Below, in pieces: positions 1 through 9,996 of a stretch of 64,000 nt of DNA. The first letter of the stretch is position 1, and each line of letters begins with the position of its first letter. Made by a program: the position numbers and the translations under genes. The notes under the pieces were generated by a model. The model did no database searches, was not told the DNA's origin, and saw only the letters and a program-made list of their open reading frames with translations. The DNA lies in contig JAVYRX010000004.1 in the NCBI GenBank assembly GCA_038729485.1, forward strand, positions 10,183-74,182, written 5' to 3'. The stretch comes from Thermoplasmatales archaeon (GTDB lineage: Archaea > Thermoplasmatota > Thermoplasmata > Thermoplasmatales > GCA-001856825).

Positions 1-606
1 AAAAAGATAGAGAGGGAAAGCAGATTGAAGATATCTCTTGAGGGAAGATACAAATGGATTGTATTTTTGCCTACCAAGGATGGCATGGGGTCCCTGAACA
101 AATATTTCGGGTTAAAGGACGATGGAAAATTTAAGGTAAGAGGAATAGAAATGAGAAGGAGTGACTTCCCAAACATATGTAAAAAGATGCAACTTGACAT
201 CCTCAATGTATACTCTAAGGTAGAACACGTTAATGACTTTAAAAAATACTATGCAGACGTGGAGAGAATATATAACAACTATAAAGACAGAATAATCAAC
301 GGAGATATCGATGATTCGGATTTGATGATAGATGTGGTAGCCACCAGATGGCCAGAATATTACAAAGTCAACAGCATAAGGAAAAGTGCAATAGAGCGTG
401 CAAAGACCACTGCACCAGGGGACAAGATCTCTTTTTTTGTTATATCAGAGAAAAAGGGGCGCGTTGACCTCGAAAATCTAGAAAACAGATATGACAAGGA
501 GTTTTATGCAAGGAAACTTCATATGGCTTGGGATTCAATATCTTACCCCTTTTATTCCCTACCTATAATATACCAAAAGACCATGGCTGAATATGATACA
601 AATTGA
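1..606 (+). CDS. polB: Family B DNA polymerase, C-terminal fragment (5' end outside the window)
   Basis: Frame 1 is open from base 1; the TTG at 25 is only the first possible start in the ORF track. YKWIVFLPTKDG..KYFGL..GKFKVRGIEMRRSDFPNICKKMQLDIL and the C-terminal YDKEFYARKL resemble the thumb region (KKRYA..TRGLEIVRRDWS..YYIENQ) of archaeal PolB. Confidence 0.6.
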   Translation, partial: KKIERESRLKISLEGRYKWIVFLPTKDGMGSLNKYFGLKDDGKFKVRGIEMRRSDFPNICKKMQLDILNVYSKVEHVNDFKKYYADVERIYNNYKDRIINGDIDDSDLMIDVVATRWPEYYKVNSIRKSAIERAKTTAPGDKISFFVISEKKGRVDLENLENRYDKEFYARKLHMAWDSISYPFYSLPIIYQKTMAEYDTN

Positions 607-880
607 AACAATATCCGAAAATGGTAACACTTACACAGGAATAAAAATAGACTCCACTCCGGCACCAATCGTAATAATAACAGGCAGGAAAGGTTTCCTG
701 ATGTGCGGATATCTCGACATGCAGGCAGCCGACAAACTAGGCTCTGTAGCCGCATCCGCCAGCGGGATAAACTCAATAGAGGATCTCCTAAACAAGGAAA
801 TAACAAGGGTGAGCATCAAAGGGAAGGAAGCTGGAATTAGCGTCGGAATGAAAGGGAGAGATGCATTAAAATTCATTTAG
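593..880 (+). CDS. Small conserved protein, possible DUF1805 (YunC-like) family
   Basis: 95-aa ORF overlapping the polB stop by 14 nt. PIVIITGRKGFLMCGYLDM..ADKLG...GINSIEDLL resembles DUF1805 proteins as I remember them. This is a memory-based call only. Confidence 0.45.
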   Translation: MIQIETISENGNTYTGIKIDSTPAPIVIITGRKGFLMCGYLDMQAADKLGSVAASASGINSIEDLLNKEITRVSIKGKEAGISVGMKGRDALKFI

Positions 881-1302
881 TGGAGTTCGTAAACCCTCAG
901 GAATGAGCCTTTTTTCTTCGCAGCTATATCTGAAATCTCAGATACTACTATCGCAGATCCTATAGGAGATCCACTCGGGGATTCAATAATGCAGGTCGAG
1001 TCTTTCACTAGATTTCCCTTTATTTCCCTAATTCCTGCAGAATAAAGATTGGCCCCATTCTTTATTCCCTGGAAGGCTCCTTCATCAACCTTTACTCTAG
1101 GGAAATCATTTGCAAGCATTACGGCCATCGTAGGTAGCCAGTCCTTATCAAATTGAACTAGAATGGGTTTTCCTGCATCATAAATTATAGCGTGGTCATT
1201 TTCTTCTATTTCCAGTGATTTCGATTCCGTTCTAATCCCAAACTTTTCAATGATCATTTGGAACTCTCTTGTTTCCCTCTTTGAAAGAAAATGCCTTTTC
1301 AT
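877..1302 (-). CDS. PUA-domain RNA-binding protein
   Basis: 141-aa ORF. The C-terminal half (VKVDEGAFQGIKNGANLYSAGI...SPSGSPIGSAIV) has the look of a PUA domain, as in archaeal pre-PUA/PUA proteins. Confidence 0.6.
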   Translation of the reverse strand: MKRHFLSKRETREFQMIIEKFGIRTESKSLEIEENDHAIIYDAGKPILVQFDKDWLPTMAVMLANDFPRVKVDEGAFQGIKNGANLYSAGIREIKGNLVKDSTCIIESPSGSPIGSAIVVSEISDIAAKKKGSFLRVYELH

Positions 1303-1336
1303 GAAACGCTATAGTATTACCATTAAATATCGATTT

Positions 1337-2548
1337 CTATACCACTATTTCCGATCTTGACAACATTGAATCTCTTCCTTCACCGTTTCCAACAAGCACA
1401 ATTGGCACCTGGAGCTGACTTTCCACAAATTCCAAGTATCTGTCTAGATTTGTTTTGCTGCTTTCCCAAGGCTCAAAAACCTCATAGTTTATCTTATCTG
1501 GCAAGTTTGACGGGTTGAACTCGTTTATTTCTGAACCATTAGATTCGTAAGATACCCCTACCTTTATTTCTTTCATCTTTCCGAGTACGTCAACCTTTGT
1601 CAGAGCGAGATAATCTAGAGCGTTAATCCTAACGGCAGCTCTCAGCATTGGAATGTCGAGATACCCTACTCTCCTAGGCCTGCCCGTTGTTGAGCCATAT
1701 TCATTCCCCTTCTTTCTAAGTTGCTCAGCCTTATCTCCGATTATTTCGGTGGGGAAGCATCCTTCGCCAACTCTGGTGGTATAGGCCTTGGCAACTCCTA
1801 GAAATTTATTGAAATACTTGGGGGATAAACCCGTGCCAACCGTTACGCCAGGACTAGTCGTAGAGGAAGAAGTAACGTAAGGGTAAGTGCCGTAATCGAT
1901 ATCGATGAAAGTTCCGTTTGCGGTTTCAAATAGGATCCCGGTTCCTTCGTTTGCTTCTTCCTCTAAGTAGTCTCGAGTATTTGTCACGTACCTTTTGATT
2001 TTTGAAAAATCCGATAAGAGGCTATCAACATAAGCTGGTTCATAATTAATACCGTATATTTTGCTCATGAATTCCAGTCTCTTTTCTATTATATTTCTAT
2101 CAAAAAGGTCAATCATCCTAATGCCATACCTGCCAAACTTAGACTCGTAAGCAGGGCCTATCCCTTTCAGTGTCGTTCCGATTGCTCCTTTTCCGCGAAG
2201 CTGTTCAAGAATCTTGTCCCTTTCTAGGTGAAGGCTCGTGACAATGTGCGAAATGTGAGATATTCTAATGTCAAATTTGCTCCTAAATTTGCTTAGAAAC
2301 TCAATTTCTTCAACTAGTCTCCTCAAATTAACAACAACGCCGTTGGCTATCACCGAGGTTCTTGATCTCAGGAAACCTGCAGGTACCAAATGAAACTTTA
2401 TAGTGTTCCCATCTACGACAACGGTGTGGCCTGCATTCTCTCCTCCATTAAATCTTACTGTCACTTCAAATTTATTTGACAGGAAATCAATGACTTTCCC
2501 TTTACCTTCATCTCCGAATTGGCAACCTACTACAGTAAGGGTCTTCAT
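1337..2548 (-). CDS. purA: Adenylosuccinate synthetase
   Basis: Motifs QFGDEGKGK, KGIGPAYESK, YTTRVGEGCFPTE and GSTTGRPRRVG appear in the expected order; 403 aa. Confidence 0.95.
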   Translation of the reverse strand: MKTLTVVGCQFGDEGKGKVIDFLSNKFEVTVRFNGGENAGHTVVVDGNTIKFHLVPAGFLRSRTSVIANGVVVNLRRLVEEIEFLSKFRSKFDIRISHISHIVTSLHLERDKILEQLRGKGAIGTTLKGIGPAYESKFGRYGIRMIDLFDRNIIEKRLEFMSKIYGINYEPAYVDSLLSDFSKIKRYVTNTRDYLEEEANEGTGILFETANGTFIDIDYGTYPYVTSSSTTSPGVTVGTGLSPKYFNKFLGVAKAYTTRVGEGCFPTEIIGDKAEQLRKKGNEYGSTTGRPRRVGYLDIPMLRAAVRINALDYLALTKVDVLGKMKEIKVGVSYESNGSEINEFNPSNLPDKINYEVFEPWESSKTNLDRYLEFVESQLQVPIVLVGNGEGRDSMLSRSEIVV

Positions 2549-3327
2549 TCTATCGTTTTCACTATACTCTTATTAACATAATAATCTTTCACCATTTTGA
2601 AAAATTCGGTTGAATCTTCATCACCCAAATACCGCCTCGTTTCCGTCAGACTATGCGTGATGGAAATACAACAAGAATTGAGGCGTAACAGATCGACTGC
2701 GACATCGCTTGATAGAGCAGCATCAGAAATGGCTTCAATGCGATCTAGTTATATTGAACAGTTACCTTTCTATGGTGTTTGCTGCAGGACGGCACCATTC
2801 TGCCTGAATTTGTAAACATTCAATTTTTCAGAATTGTTCTTAAGTTGTGCGATCTGTGATAACATTCGTATATGATGAGAAACGTTGCTCTAATTATAAA
2901 AAGTAGGACAAACAGGATGTATCCAACGTCTCAAACCGCTCCATCAAATGGACATGCTGGATAGCTCAAATATCCCCTAAAGTTGAGTATGTAAAAGAGT
3001 ATTCCAATCCAAATAAGTATTGTTACATTTTCATCCTCCAATCTCTACTAATGAATTTCTTTGCAGTGTGAGATAGCATTACACATGGAATTACATATAC
3101 TTTTCAAATCAAAGAGGACAAACGTTATCTGAAATGCATGGACAGATTCTCATTAATGGGGATGCATTGATGCTGGAAGTACAGGAAAGTCGTAACATCT
3201 GGTTGGTAGTCACACATAAATAGATCGTCTCGGTCTTAATCCCACATCATCAGACAGGATTGAATGATCTGGAAACGTTAAATAGAAAATTCATAGATGT
3301 GAAAGCTGTTGTGCAGGTGAAGCTTTT

Positions 3328-3948
3328 ATGGGATGGGAGAAGGAAAGATTTTTGCTTGAGACAAAATTTTCCATAATGCCTCGATCTGACGATGAGAGGT
3401 CAAAACACCGCATGTTTCATGGCAATCTGAGCAGGGAAGATCCTACAAGTCTAATTGAGAAGTTCGGAATTAAGAATGGGATGAGAGTGGTAGATCTAGG
3501 CAGCGGGATAGGATTTTATACTATTCCCATTGCAAAGGCAGTTGGCCCTGGCGGGCAGGTATTCGCTCTAGATATAGACCTGGGGTCACTTCAGTCCATC
3601 AAGGATAGGACTAGGGAAGACGGCATCAGTAATGTCAGCGTAATGCGCTGCAACATAGAAATGTTACCATTCAAGGATAAAAAAATTGATGTCGTATTCC
3701 TCGCAAACGTATTTCACGACGTAGATGACAGGAACGCTCTCTTAATGGACATAAATAGAGTTTTGAAGCGTCCAGGCCTTGTGATTGATTTTGATTGGGC
3801 CGACATAATGACAGATTACGGGCCTCCCTTGTACCTCAGGATCAATGAGAATGTGGCAAGAAAAACCTTCGAGGAAGCAGGATTTAGAACCATCAGGTCT
3901 ATGCACATTCAAGATCATCATTATGCTCTGATATTTGCGCTGAGTTAA
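3328..3948 (+). CDS. Class I SAM-dependent methyltransferase
   Basis: VVDLGSGIGFYT (motif I), VFALDID (acidic motif II) and VDVVFLANVFHD. The start codon is uncertain because several in-frame Met codons lie near the N-terminus. Confidence 0.75.
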   Translation: MGWEKERFLLETKFSIMPRSDDERSKHRMFHGNLSREDPTSLIEKFGIKNGMRVVDLGSGIGFYTIPIAKAVGPGGQVFALDIDLGSLQSIKDRTREDGISNVSVMRCNIEMLPFKDKKIDVVFLANVFHDVDDRNALLMDINRVLKRPGLVIDFDWADIMTDYGPPLYLRINENVARKTFEEAGFRTIRSMHIQDHHYALIFALS

Positions 3949-4021
3949 GCATTTTTTCCTTTGCATTGAATTCGTATTTATGTGTACGTAATATTATTAC
4001 ACATCTTTTCCCTAATAGTCT

Positions 4022-4405
4022 ATGTTCTTTGTGGAAAGGGAATTCAACGGACGATTAGAAGAGCTGATTGACAGTCTTATCTTCTACCTCAAAAATGGCG
4101 GATATGTGATAGTAGCCGACATAGACATAAAAGGGATCCTAAAGAAAGCTTTGAACTTTGACTTTAAACAGTATCATATTTTCGAAATATGTAGACCTCA
4201 GGCAGCCAAAGAATTAGTGGGTGGTGACGACAGTAATGGCCTTTTTCTCCCGTGCAAAATGACTGTGTTTGAATCCAACGGGAAAATAAAGGTTAGGATT
4301 TTGCTGTCATCGATGATGGCACAGGAATTTCACTCTGAAGCCGTAGCAGGTATCAAGAAATACGAGGATGACCTGATAAGACTATTTAACTCATTCACAC
4401 CTTAA
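4022..4405 (+). CDS. DUF302-family protein
   Basis: 127 aa. The pattern YHIFEICRPQAAKEL....GLFLPCKMTVFESNGKIKV matches the DUF302 core (LPC..V.e..g) as I recall it. Confidence 0.55.
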   Translation: MFFVEREFNGRLEELIDSLIFYLKNGGYVIVADIDIKGILKKALNFDFKQYHIFEICRPQAAKELVGGDDSNGLFLPCKMTVFESNGKIKVRILLSSMMAQEFHSEAVAGIKKYEDDLIRLFNSFTP

Positions 4406-4495
4406 TAGATTGCCCATAATGTCAAAGGAAATTTAGTCTCTAATTACTCTGGAAAGCTACGTCACCATTAAATTAACCGTCTATATTTAGAAACG

Positions 4496-4849
4496 ATGGA
4501 CGCGTTCGATAGGCTCAAGGAGATCCAAGATCTGTTTAGCGACATTATTAAGCAGAAAGGCGATGTTGGTAAAGATTACTCGCAGTTGGTGGAGCATGTT
4601 TTACACAACGGCTCGATAGCGGCGAAATACAAGGAGCTAATATTCGTGGCGCTTTCCTTGGTAAAGAAATGCGAATGGTGTCTCTCGTATCATCTCAGAT
4701 TAGCCATGGAGGCCGGTGTTACGTACGAGGAGCTTATAGAAATTGCATTTATTGCGTTTCTCATGGACGGTTCTCCTTCGTTGATGGAAGCGATCAAGAT
4801 GAAAGATTTTTATTTCGATCTCAAACATTCAAATAAATCTGAAGGCTAA
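4496..4849 (+). CDS. Carboxymuconolactone decarboxylase / AhpD-like family protein
   Basis: 117 aa with the CMD-family signature around KKCEWCLSYHLRLAMEAG (CxxC..H). Confidence 0.7.
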   Translation: MDAFDRLKEIQDLFSDIIKQKGDVGKDYSQLVEHVLHNGSIAAKYKELIFVALSLVKKCEWCLSYHLRLAMEAGVTYEELIEIAFIAFLMDGSPSLMEAIKMKDFYFDLKHSNKSEG

Positions 4850-4894
4850 CTGTTTATCTAGCATATATATACCCATCTGCACTTCTAAAGAACA

Positions 4895-6421
4895 ATGACA
4901 TTCATTGATAGGATAAGAGCAATTGAAATTGCGTTTCGATTTTTTCCCCGAGCAAGGTACCTGAGGTACTATCAGAGGTACGTGGAAAGAACAGGGAATC
5001 CGCCTGATGCAGAAAAAACGCGTGTTGAAGCAAATAAACTCCGTGATGCCATGATTAAGTCTGGGCCGCTTTTCATAAAATTAGGGCAGCTTCTTTCCTC
5101 TAGGAGAGACGTTATCCCTGAGGAATACCTTCAGGCTCTAACGGATCTCCAGGACCGCGTTCCTTTGCCTAAATTTGCTCCAGTAAAAGTACTCCTGGAA
5201 CAGGAGTTGGGAAAGCTAGATAGCGTTTTTGAGACATTTGATCCTGCAGGTATATCGGGGGCAAGTTTAGGTCTAGTCTATAGGGCAAAATATAAGGGCA
5301 GAGACGTTGCCGTGAAGGTAAACCGCCCTGGCATCAGAGAGAGAATAATAAAGGATAAACCAAGAATTGAAACTTTTGTGAAACTGTTAGAAAGGTATCT
5401 CTTGAAGTCGTTTTCGCTTTCCACGTTTACGCAGGAATTTCTTGCAAGCTTGGAACTTGAATTGGACTATAAAAGAGAGGCAGAATCAATAGAAATAATA
5501 GGGGGGAAAATAGAGGAGCTTGATCTCGGAATGGAGATAGTCGTTCCAAAGGTATTCAAAGAAATATCCACCTCTAAAGTATTGGTGATGGAGTATCTTG
5601 ATTATATTAAGATAAGTGACATCGAAGAATTAAAGAAGAACGGCGCTGATCTCAAATTTCTGGCTGAAGTGATAGATAAGTTATTCCTTCGCCTTGCGCT
5701 AAGGGAAGGGAGGTTTCACGCAGATCCGCACCCAGGAAACATAGGCTGGAGAAAGGACAACAAGCTCGTCTTAATGGATTTTGGGATGACTTCAGAGCTC
5801 AGTGAGGAGCTTAGAGATAAGTTGCTCATGGGCTATTATTACCTTGCGACTTTCGATGCTAGAAACCTTCTAAAGGTGCTCGTTGACTTGGATTTAATTG
5901 ATCCAGCTGCCGACAAGATTTTCATGGAGCAGCTCTTAAGAACAGTTTTCAAGGACCTTCAGGGAAAGGAAGTAACAAGCATGGAATATAACGAGCTTAT
6001 GCATAGAGCGAACGTAATACTCTTCAGATTTCCATTTAGATTGCCTTATAATTTGGCACTATTTGCAAGGATGTCGGTGATCCTTGAAGGAGTATGTAAG
6101 GGGCTTAATCCTAATTTTCAGTTTATAAGCGTCGTTGCGGAAATAATGGATGAAGAACACGCATCAATAAAGGTCATAAAAACGAGAATTCTCGGTTTCC
6201 CAGGCAGGATTAGACGGACCATAGAAGATTTTATGAGCATTCCGGAGCTTCTTAAAAACGTAAATAGAGCTCTATATCAGAGGCACCAGAAAAACTACTC
6301 AGGGGCGATAATCTCCGGAGCACTTTTCGTAACTGGCTCTCTCCTTTTTACGAAGCTCTACCTCTCGATACCCTTCTTTGTCGTCGGAGCTATTCTCGCC
6401 TTTTTTGCCCTAAGGCATTAG
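4895..6421 (+). CDS. ABC1/UbiB (AarF) atypical kinase family protein
   Basis: ASLGLVYRAKYKGRDVAVKVNRPG (nucleotide-binding Lys), HADPHPGN (catalytic loop) and MDFGM. A C-terminal hydrophobic anchor is present. 508 aa. Confidence 0.85.
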   Translation: MTFIDRIRAIEIAFRFFPRARYLRYYQRYVERTGNPPDAEKTRVEANKLRDAMIKSGPLFIKLGQLLSSRRDVIPEEYLQALTDLQDRVPLPKFAPVKVLLEQELGKLDSVFETFDPAGISGASLGLVYRAKYKGRDVAVKVNRPGIRERIIKDKPRIETFVKLLERYLLKSFSLSTFTQEFLASLELELDYKREAESIEIIGGKIEELDLGMEIVVPKVFKEISTSKVLVMEYLDYIKISDIEELKKNGADLKFLAEVIDKLFLRLALREGRFHADPHPGNIGWRKDNKLVLMDFGMTSELSEELRDKLLMGYYYLATFDARNLLKVLVDLDLIDPAADKIFMEQLLRTVFKDLQGKEVTSMEYNELMHRANVILFRFPFRLPYNLALFARMSVILEGVCKGLNPNFQFISVVAEIMDEEHASIKVIKTRILGFPGRIRRTIEDFMSIPELLKNVNRALYQRHQKNYSGAIISGALFVTGSLLFTKLYLSIPFFVVGAILAFFALRH

Positions 6422-6783
6422 CTTATAGGAACAGTCTTAACTTCCTTGCGCTTTACTTGAATCTCCAGTACCCCATTGCTCATAGATGCTTTTACTGAAT
6501 CCGAATCAAACTCCCCAGGAATTCTGATGAATTTCGAGAACTCGTCAACCCTTTCCTCGTACAGAATCTTTCCTTTAAGCTCTTTCTTCCTTGTACCGGA
6601 TACCTTGAGACCAGTTTTTGTGCTCAGAATTTTTATGTTCTCTTTTGCAAATCCGGGAAGGTCCAGGTATATGAATACGTATTCTCCTTCCTCTGTAATG
6701 TCAACCGGCGGGTAGAAAACCTCTGATATTGTTTTTATCCTCTGTCCAGCCTTCTTTATTACGCCTTCCATTGCGATCTCCAT
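6418..6783 (-). CDS. Small heat-shock protein (Hsp20/alpha-crystallin)
   Basis: 121 aa. The alpha-crystallin domain pattern is VFIYLDLPGFAKENIKI...FIRIP..FD...VKASMSNGVLEIQVKRKE. Confidence 0.85.
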   Translation of the reverse strand: MEIAMEGVIKKAGQRIKTISEVFYPPVDITEEGEYVFIYLDLPGFAKENIKILSTKTGLKVSGTRKKELKGKILYEERVDEFSKFIRIPGEFDSDSVKASMSNGVLEIQVKRKEVKTVPIS

Positions 6784-6829
6784 AGGTAAGTAGTTTATGT
6801 AGAGATTTAAGATTTTTGTTTCTTTTTTG

Positions 6830-8164
6830 CTACATTTTCTCAGAAATTATCCCCAAAATTTCCTCTTCCCTTGACTTTATCCATTGATCGTCCAGGGAGC
6901 TTATAAATATCCTTATGGCAGGTTCCGTTCCAGACTTTCTTAGGAGTATGAAACTGTCTCCTTGTACTAATCTTAATCCGTCGATTTCGTCCGGCTTCAT
7001 ATAACTAAAATGCGTCTTCAATTTCCCCTTGATGGATTCAAAGTCCGCTCTGTTCTCAATCTTTAATCTTCTAAGTTTGTAATCAGGCATCTGACTTATC
7101 AGTTCCGAGAGCCTTTGTTCAGTATTTGAAAGCAAATCTAGAATCAGCGCAAGTGAAAGACCACCGTCACCCGAATTAAGATGTTGCGGAAGTACCACTT
7201 TTCCGTTTTCCTCGCCGCCCATGATGCCGTCATATTTTTTAAGGTAGTCGGAAATAACGGGTGTTCCAACGGGAGTCCTGATCACCTTGACTCCATGCTT
7301 TTCTGCTATTCTATCGATGAGGAAACTTGAGGCTACGGGAAACACAAGATTTCCCTTTCGAGATTCTAATATGTGATCTGCTATCAGTGCTACAAACTTG
7401 TCTCCATCGATGGGATTTCCCTTTTCGTCCAGAAAGAAAGCCCTATCTCCGTCTCCGTCATGTGCTACCGAAAGATCAAATTCTCCTGATCTTGCCGTAT
7501 TAATCATGTCCGTGAGGCTGTCAGGTGTAGGTTCCGAATTTCTCCCGGGGAACATACCGTCAAGATTGGAATTGAGACTGACGTATCTGACTCCCATCTT
7601 GTTCAGGATAAGGGGGGTGGTGAGAGAGGTGGTAGAATTTGCACAGTCCACCAGGACCCTAAATCTTCTTGACCTTACCTTGTTTGGGCTAACATTTTTC
7701 AGAATTGCTTCAACGTACGGTCTTATTGCATCGTCTCTCCTTGTTTTTCCCATGAAGTCCCAAGTCGTCCTGTAAAAACTTTCACGAGTAATGATTTCCT
7801 CAATCCTTTCCTCCTCATTTCGACCAGGGTTCGAACCATCGTAGGAGATGACTTTGAGGCCATTAAATTCAGGAGGATTATGCGAAGCTGTTACAATTAC
7901 CCCAGGTATTCTTGAAACCTTACAATAAATTTGGGCCGCAGGTGCAGGCACAATCCCTAAATCTACTACGTTCTTACCTGCATTGAGGATACCCGCCTCT
8001 ACCATATTTTTGAAAACCTCTGAGGTCGTCCTATTGTCGTAGGCAACGGCGATATCTTCATTTTCGTAATAAGTTGCCACTGCCATGCCAAATTTAAATC
8101 CCAGTTCCGGTTCAAGCGTTTCGTTTATGATTCCCCTAATGCCATTTGTTCCAAAAAGAGGCAT
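6830..8164 (-). CDS. Phosphohexomutase (phosphoglucosamine / phosphomanno / phosphoglucomutase family)
   Basis: Active-site Ser loop TASHNPPEFNGLK, Mg loop AHDGDGDR, sugar loop GGEENG and phosphate loop RKSGTEP. Substrate specificity cannot be resolved by eye. Confidence 0.9.
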   Translation of the reverse strand: MPLFGTNGIRGIINETLEPELGFKFGMAVATYYENEDIAVAYDNRTTSEVFKNMVEAGILNAGKNVVDLGIVPAPAAQIYCKVSRIPGVIVTASHNPPEFNGLKVISYDGSNPGRNEEERIEEIITRESFYRTTWDFMGKTRRDDAIRPYVEAILKNVSPNKVRSRRFRVLVDCANSTTSLTTPLILNKMGVRYVSLNSNLDGMFPGRNSEPTPDSLTDMINTARSGEFDLSVAHDGDGDRAFFLDEKGNPIDGDKFVALIADHILESRKGNLVFPVASSFLIDRIAEKHGVKVIRTPVGTPVISDYLKKYDGIMGGEENGKVVLPQHLNSGDGGLSLALILDLLSNTEQRLSELISQMPDYKLRRLKIENRADFESIKGKLKTHFSYMKPDEIDGLRLVQGDSFILLRKSGTEPAIRIFISSLDDQWIKSREEEILGIISEKM

Positions 8165-8213
8165 ATGTTGTTATTGATGCAAAATAAAAATATTTTGTGT
8201 GTTCAAGTTCTTT

Positions 8214-9278
8214 TCAAACCACTATTCTGTCCTTTCCAGTCGTGTTTTTGTTGCTAATCTCCCTTACACTCAATGTCCTGTTAGTAATATTGTAATAATC
8301 TCTGACAAGGTTTTCTGAGATCTTTTTCTGTCCAAGGGAATCAGAAAATACTATTACGGAACCCGAGTATTCGTTAACTGCGAATAAATAATCGTTTATT
8401 GAATACCTTTCGAGAAGAGATGCGACTATCCTCTGGAAATTTGACACTACGCCAAGGTTAAATCCAAGTGATTGAGAATACTTTGAGACACTCGATGCAA
8501 ATTCTTGAGAGTCGTCCTTCATCAGAGCGTTAGTTATCTTGTTTACCATTTCTTCCTCCGCTGAAAGATGGTTGTGGAAATTCAGGAATGGATATGAAAG
8601 GGACGAAGGATTCTGGCTAGCCATTCCGAGGCTCAAAAACCTATTAAAATTCTTCTTAAACGATTGATAATTTTCGTTCTCTTCTAGATAGTTTTCAGAG
8701 ATGGCCAATAGGGAGTAGGGTTCAAGCTTGAGATGTTCATTTTTAAATGTTTTACTGCGCTTGTCGTATATGAACACGTTCTCGTCCTTTCCGTTAATCC
8801 GCGTGAGCGTTTCTATGGCCGTATGAAATCCCCTTGCCATCTCCTGAACCTCTGAGCTAAGCTCAATTGCTTCAGCTGCGCTAAGATTTACGTTGTTTAC
8901 AAGTGAAAATGACTGAATGAGAACGTCAACAAAGGCGGAGTAATAGCCCATCCCCATATGAAACTTCAAATCCTCATTTGCCAAGATAGAAGGTGGGCTG
9001 GTCCATCCTCTCTGGATTGAGATATTCATCATTATCTTTATCGGATCGAACCAATCATTAGACGTCCTGGAAATTTCGTAAGGAATATTTACAACGTTTG
9101 TCCCCCTCCACCGCACCATGCTATCCGCTTTGGTTAGAGCGCTCAACGAAAGAGACACGGGAATGGAGATCGAATAATTTACGTTTGAAAATTCAGGGGA
9201 ACCAGCAATTGTGATCACCCCAGCGGCCGAAACCTTATACCCCCCCGCAAATGCATTTAGAGTTTCTGCATCAAACAC
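8214..9278 (-). CDS. Hypothetical protein (weak, degenerate GHMP-kinase-like motif)
   Basis: 354-aa ORF with a GTG start and coding-like composition; no antisense alternative. HMGMGYYSAFVDVLIQSF...LSAAEAIELSSEV loosely resembles GHMP motif II (P.GSGLGSSAA). See findings. Confidence 0.5.
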   Translation of the reverse strand: MFDAETLNAFAGGYKVSAAGVITIAGSPEFSNVNYSISIPVSLSLSALTKADSMVRWRGTNVVNIPYEISRTSNDWFDPIKIMMNISIQRGWTSPPSILANEDLKFHMGMGYYSAFVDVLIQSFSLVNNVNLSAAEAIELSSEVQEMARGFHTAIETLTRINGKDENVFIYDKRSKTFKNEHLKLEPYSLLAISENYLEENENYQSFKKNFNRFLSLGMASQNPSSLSYPFLNFHNHLSAEEEMVNKITNALMKDDSQEFASSVSKYSQSLGFNLGVVSNFQRIVASLLERYSINDYLFAVNEYSGSVIVFSDSLGQKKISENLVRDYYNITNRTLSVREISNKNTTGKDRIVV

Positions 9279-9319
9279 TCATCAGCAAATATTTTAAACA
9301 TAAAAGGTTTCTTTAGGCC

Positions 9320-9748
9320 ATGATCCTTTCCGATCAGACCATAATGGAGCTTATCAATAATCGTGCCATGTCAATTGAACCATTCAGGGAGGATAGGCTC
9401 ACTCCAAATGGTTATGACTTCTCCATAGTGGATACAGTTGTTCTCCCCCCTAATGGAGGGCTTCAGCTAGAAAGCCTAGAAACCGTATCTCTTCCAGCTT
9501 ACGTGGGAGCAATAATGCTTCTGAGATCCACGTATACAAGGAAAGGAGTCTTCGGGAGTTTCGGGTTTGTCGATGCCGGTTTCAGGGGGAAAATAAGATT
9601 CTTCGTTAAGAACCTTGGTGAAGAGCAAGTAGAAATTGTAAAGGATAAGGGCGTATTCCAAATGATCTTCATAAATCTTGACAAGGCTGCTGCAAAAACT
9701 TATGAGCTGAGGTCTGGTCACTATCAGAATCAGGGAATCAAATCATAA
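9320..9748 (+). CDS. dCTP deaminase / dUTPase superfamily protein (size suggests an archaeal Dcd-like dUTPase)
   Basis: The N-terminus MILSDQTIMELI....I.P......TPNGYDFSI and the later VDAGFRGKI are typical of the Dcd/Dut trimeric family. It is only 142 aa. Confidence 0.8.
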   Translation: MILSDQTIMELINNRAMSIEPFREDRLTPNGYDFSIVDTVVLPPNGGLQLESLETVSLPAYVGAIMLLRSTYTRKGVFGSFGFVDAGFRGKIRFFVKNLGEEQVEIVKDKGVFQMIFINLDKAAAKTYELRSGHYQNQGIKS

Positions 9749-9996
9749 TTCTGGGAATATTGATTCAAGACCTACCTCTATCAGATACGAAAAGCTTCGT
9801 ATTTTTAATTGAAAAATACCCTAATCAGTAGACGAAAGTTAGTTATGCGATTTCAGCTGAATCGACGGTCGCCATGGTGCCCCCAGATAAAGTTAAGGTT
9901 GATCTTCGGATTTCAGCATCCACGAAGAGCCAGGGCAAGGGAAACATTCTGGGGAAGAAGATTCACCGACAAAGTGAAATAAAACTTATGTTCTAG

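Noticed and set aside
2597-2815. 72-aa TTG-initiated ORF in the purA-methyltransferase spacer
   Set aside because: It has no motif, an alternative start codon only, and Ser/Arg/Cys-rich composition. It is kept only as part of the 'long spacer' finding.
9749-9996. Short basic ORFs (39-46 aa) in the dUTPase-glycosyltransferase spacer
   Set aside because: Two overlapping frames give equally unconvincing peptides. Neither has a clear RBS, and no motif is recognised.
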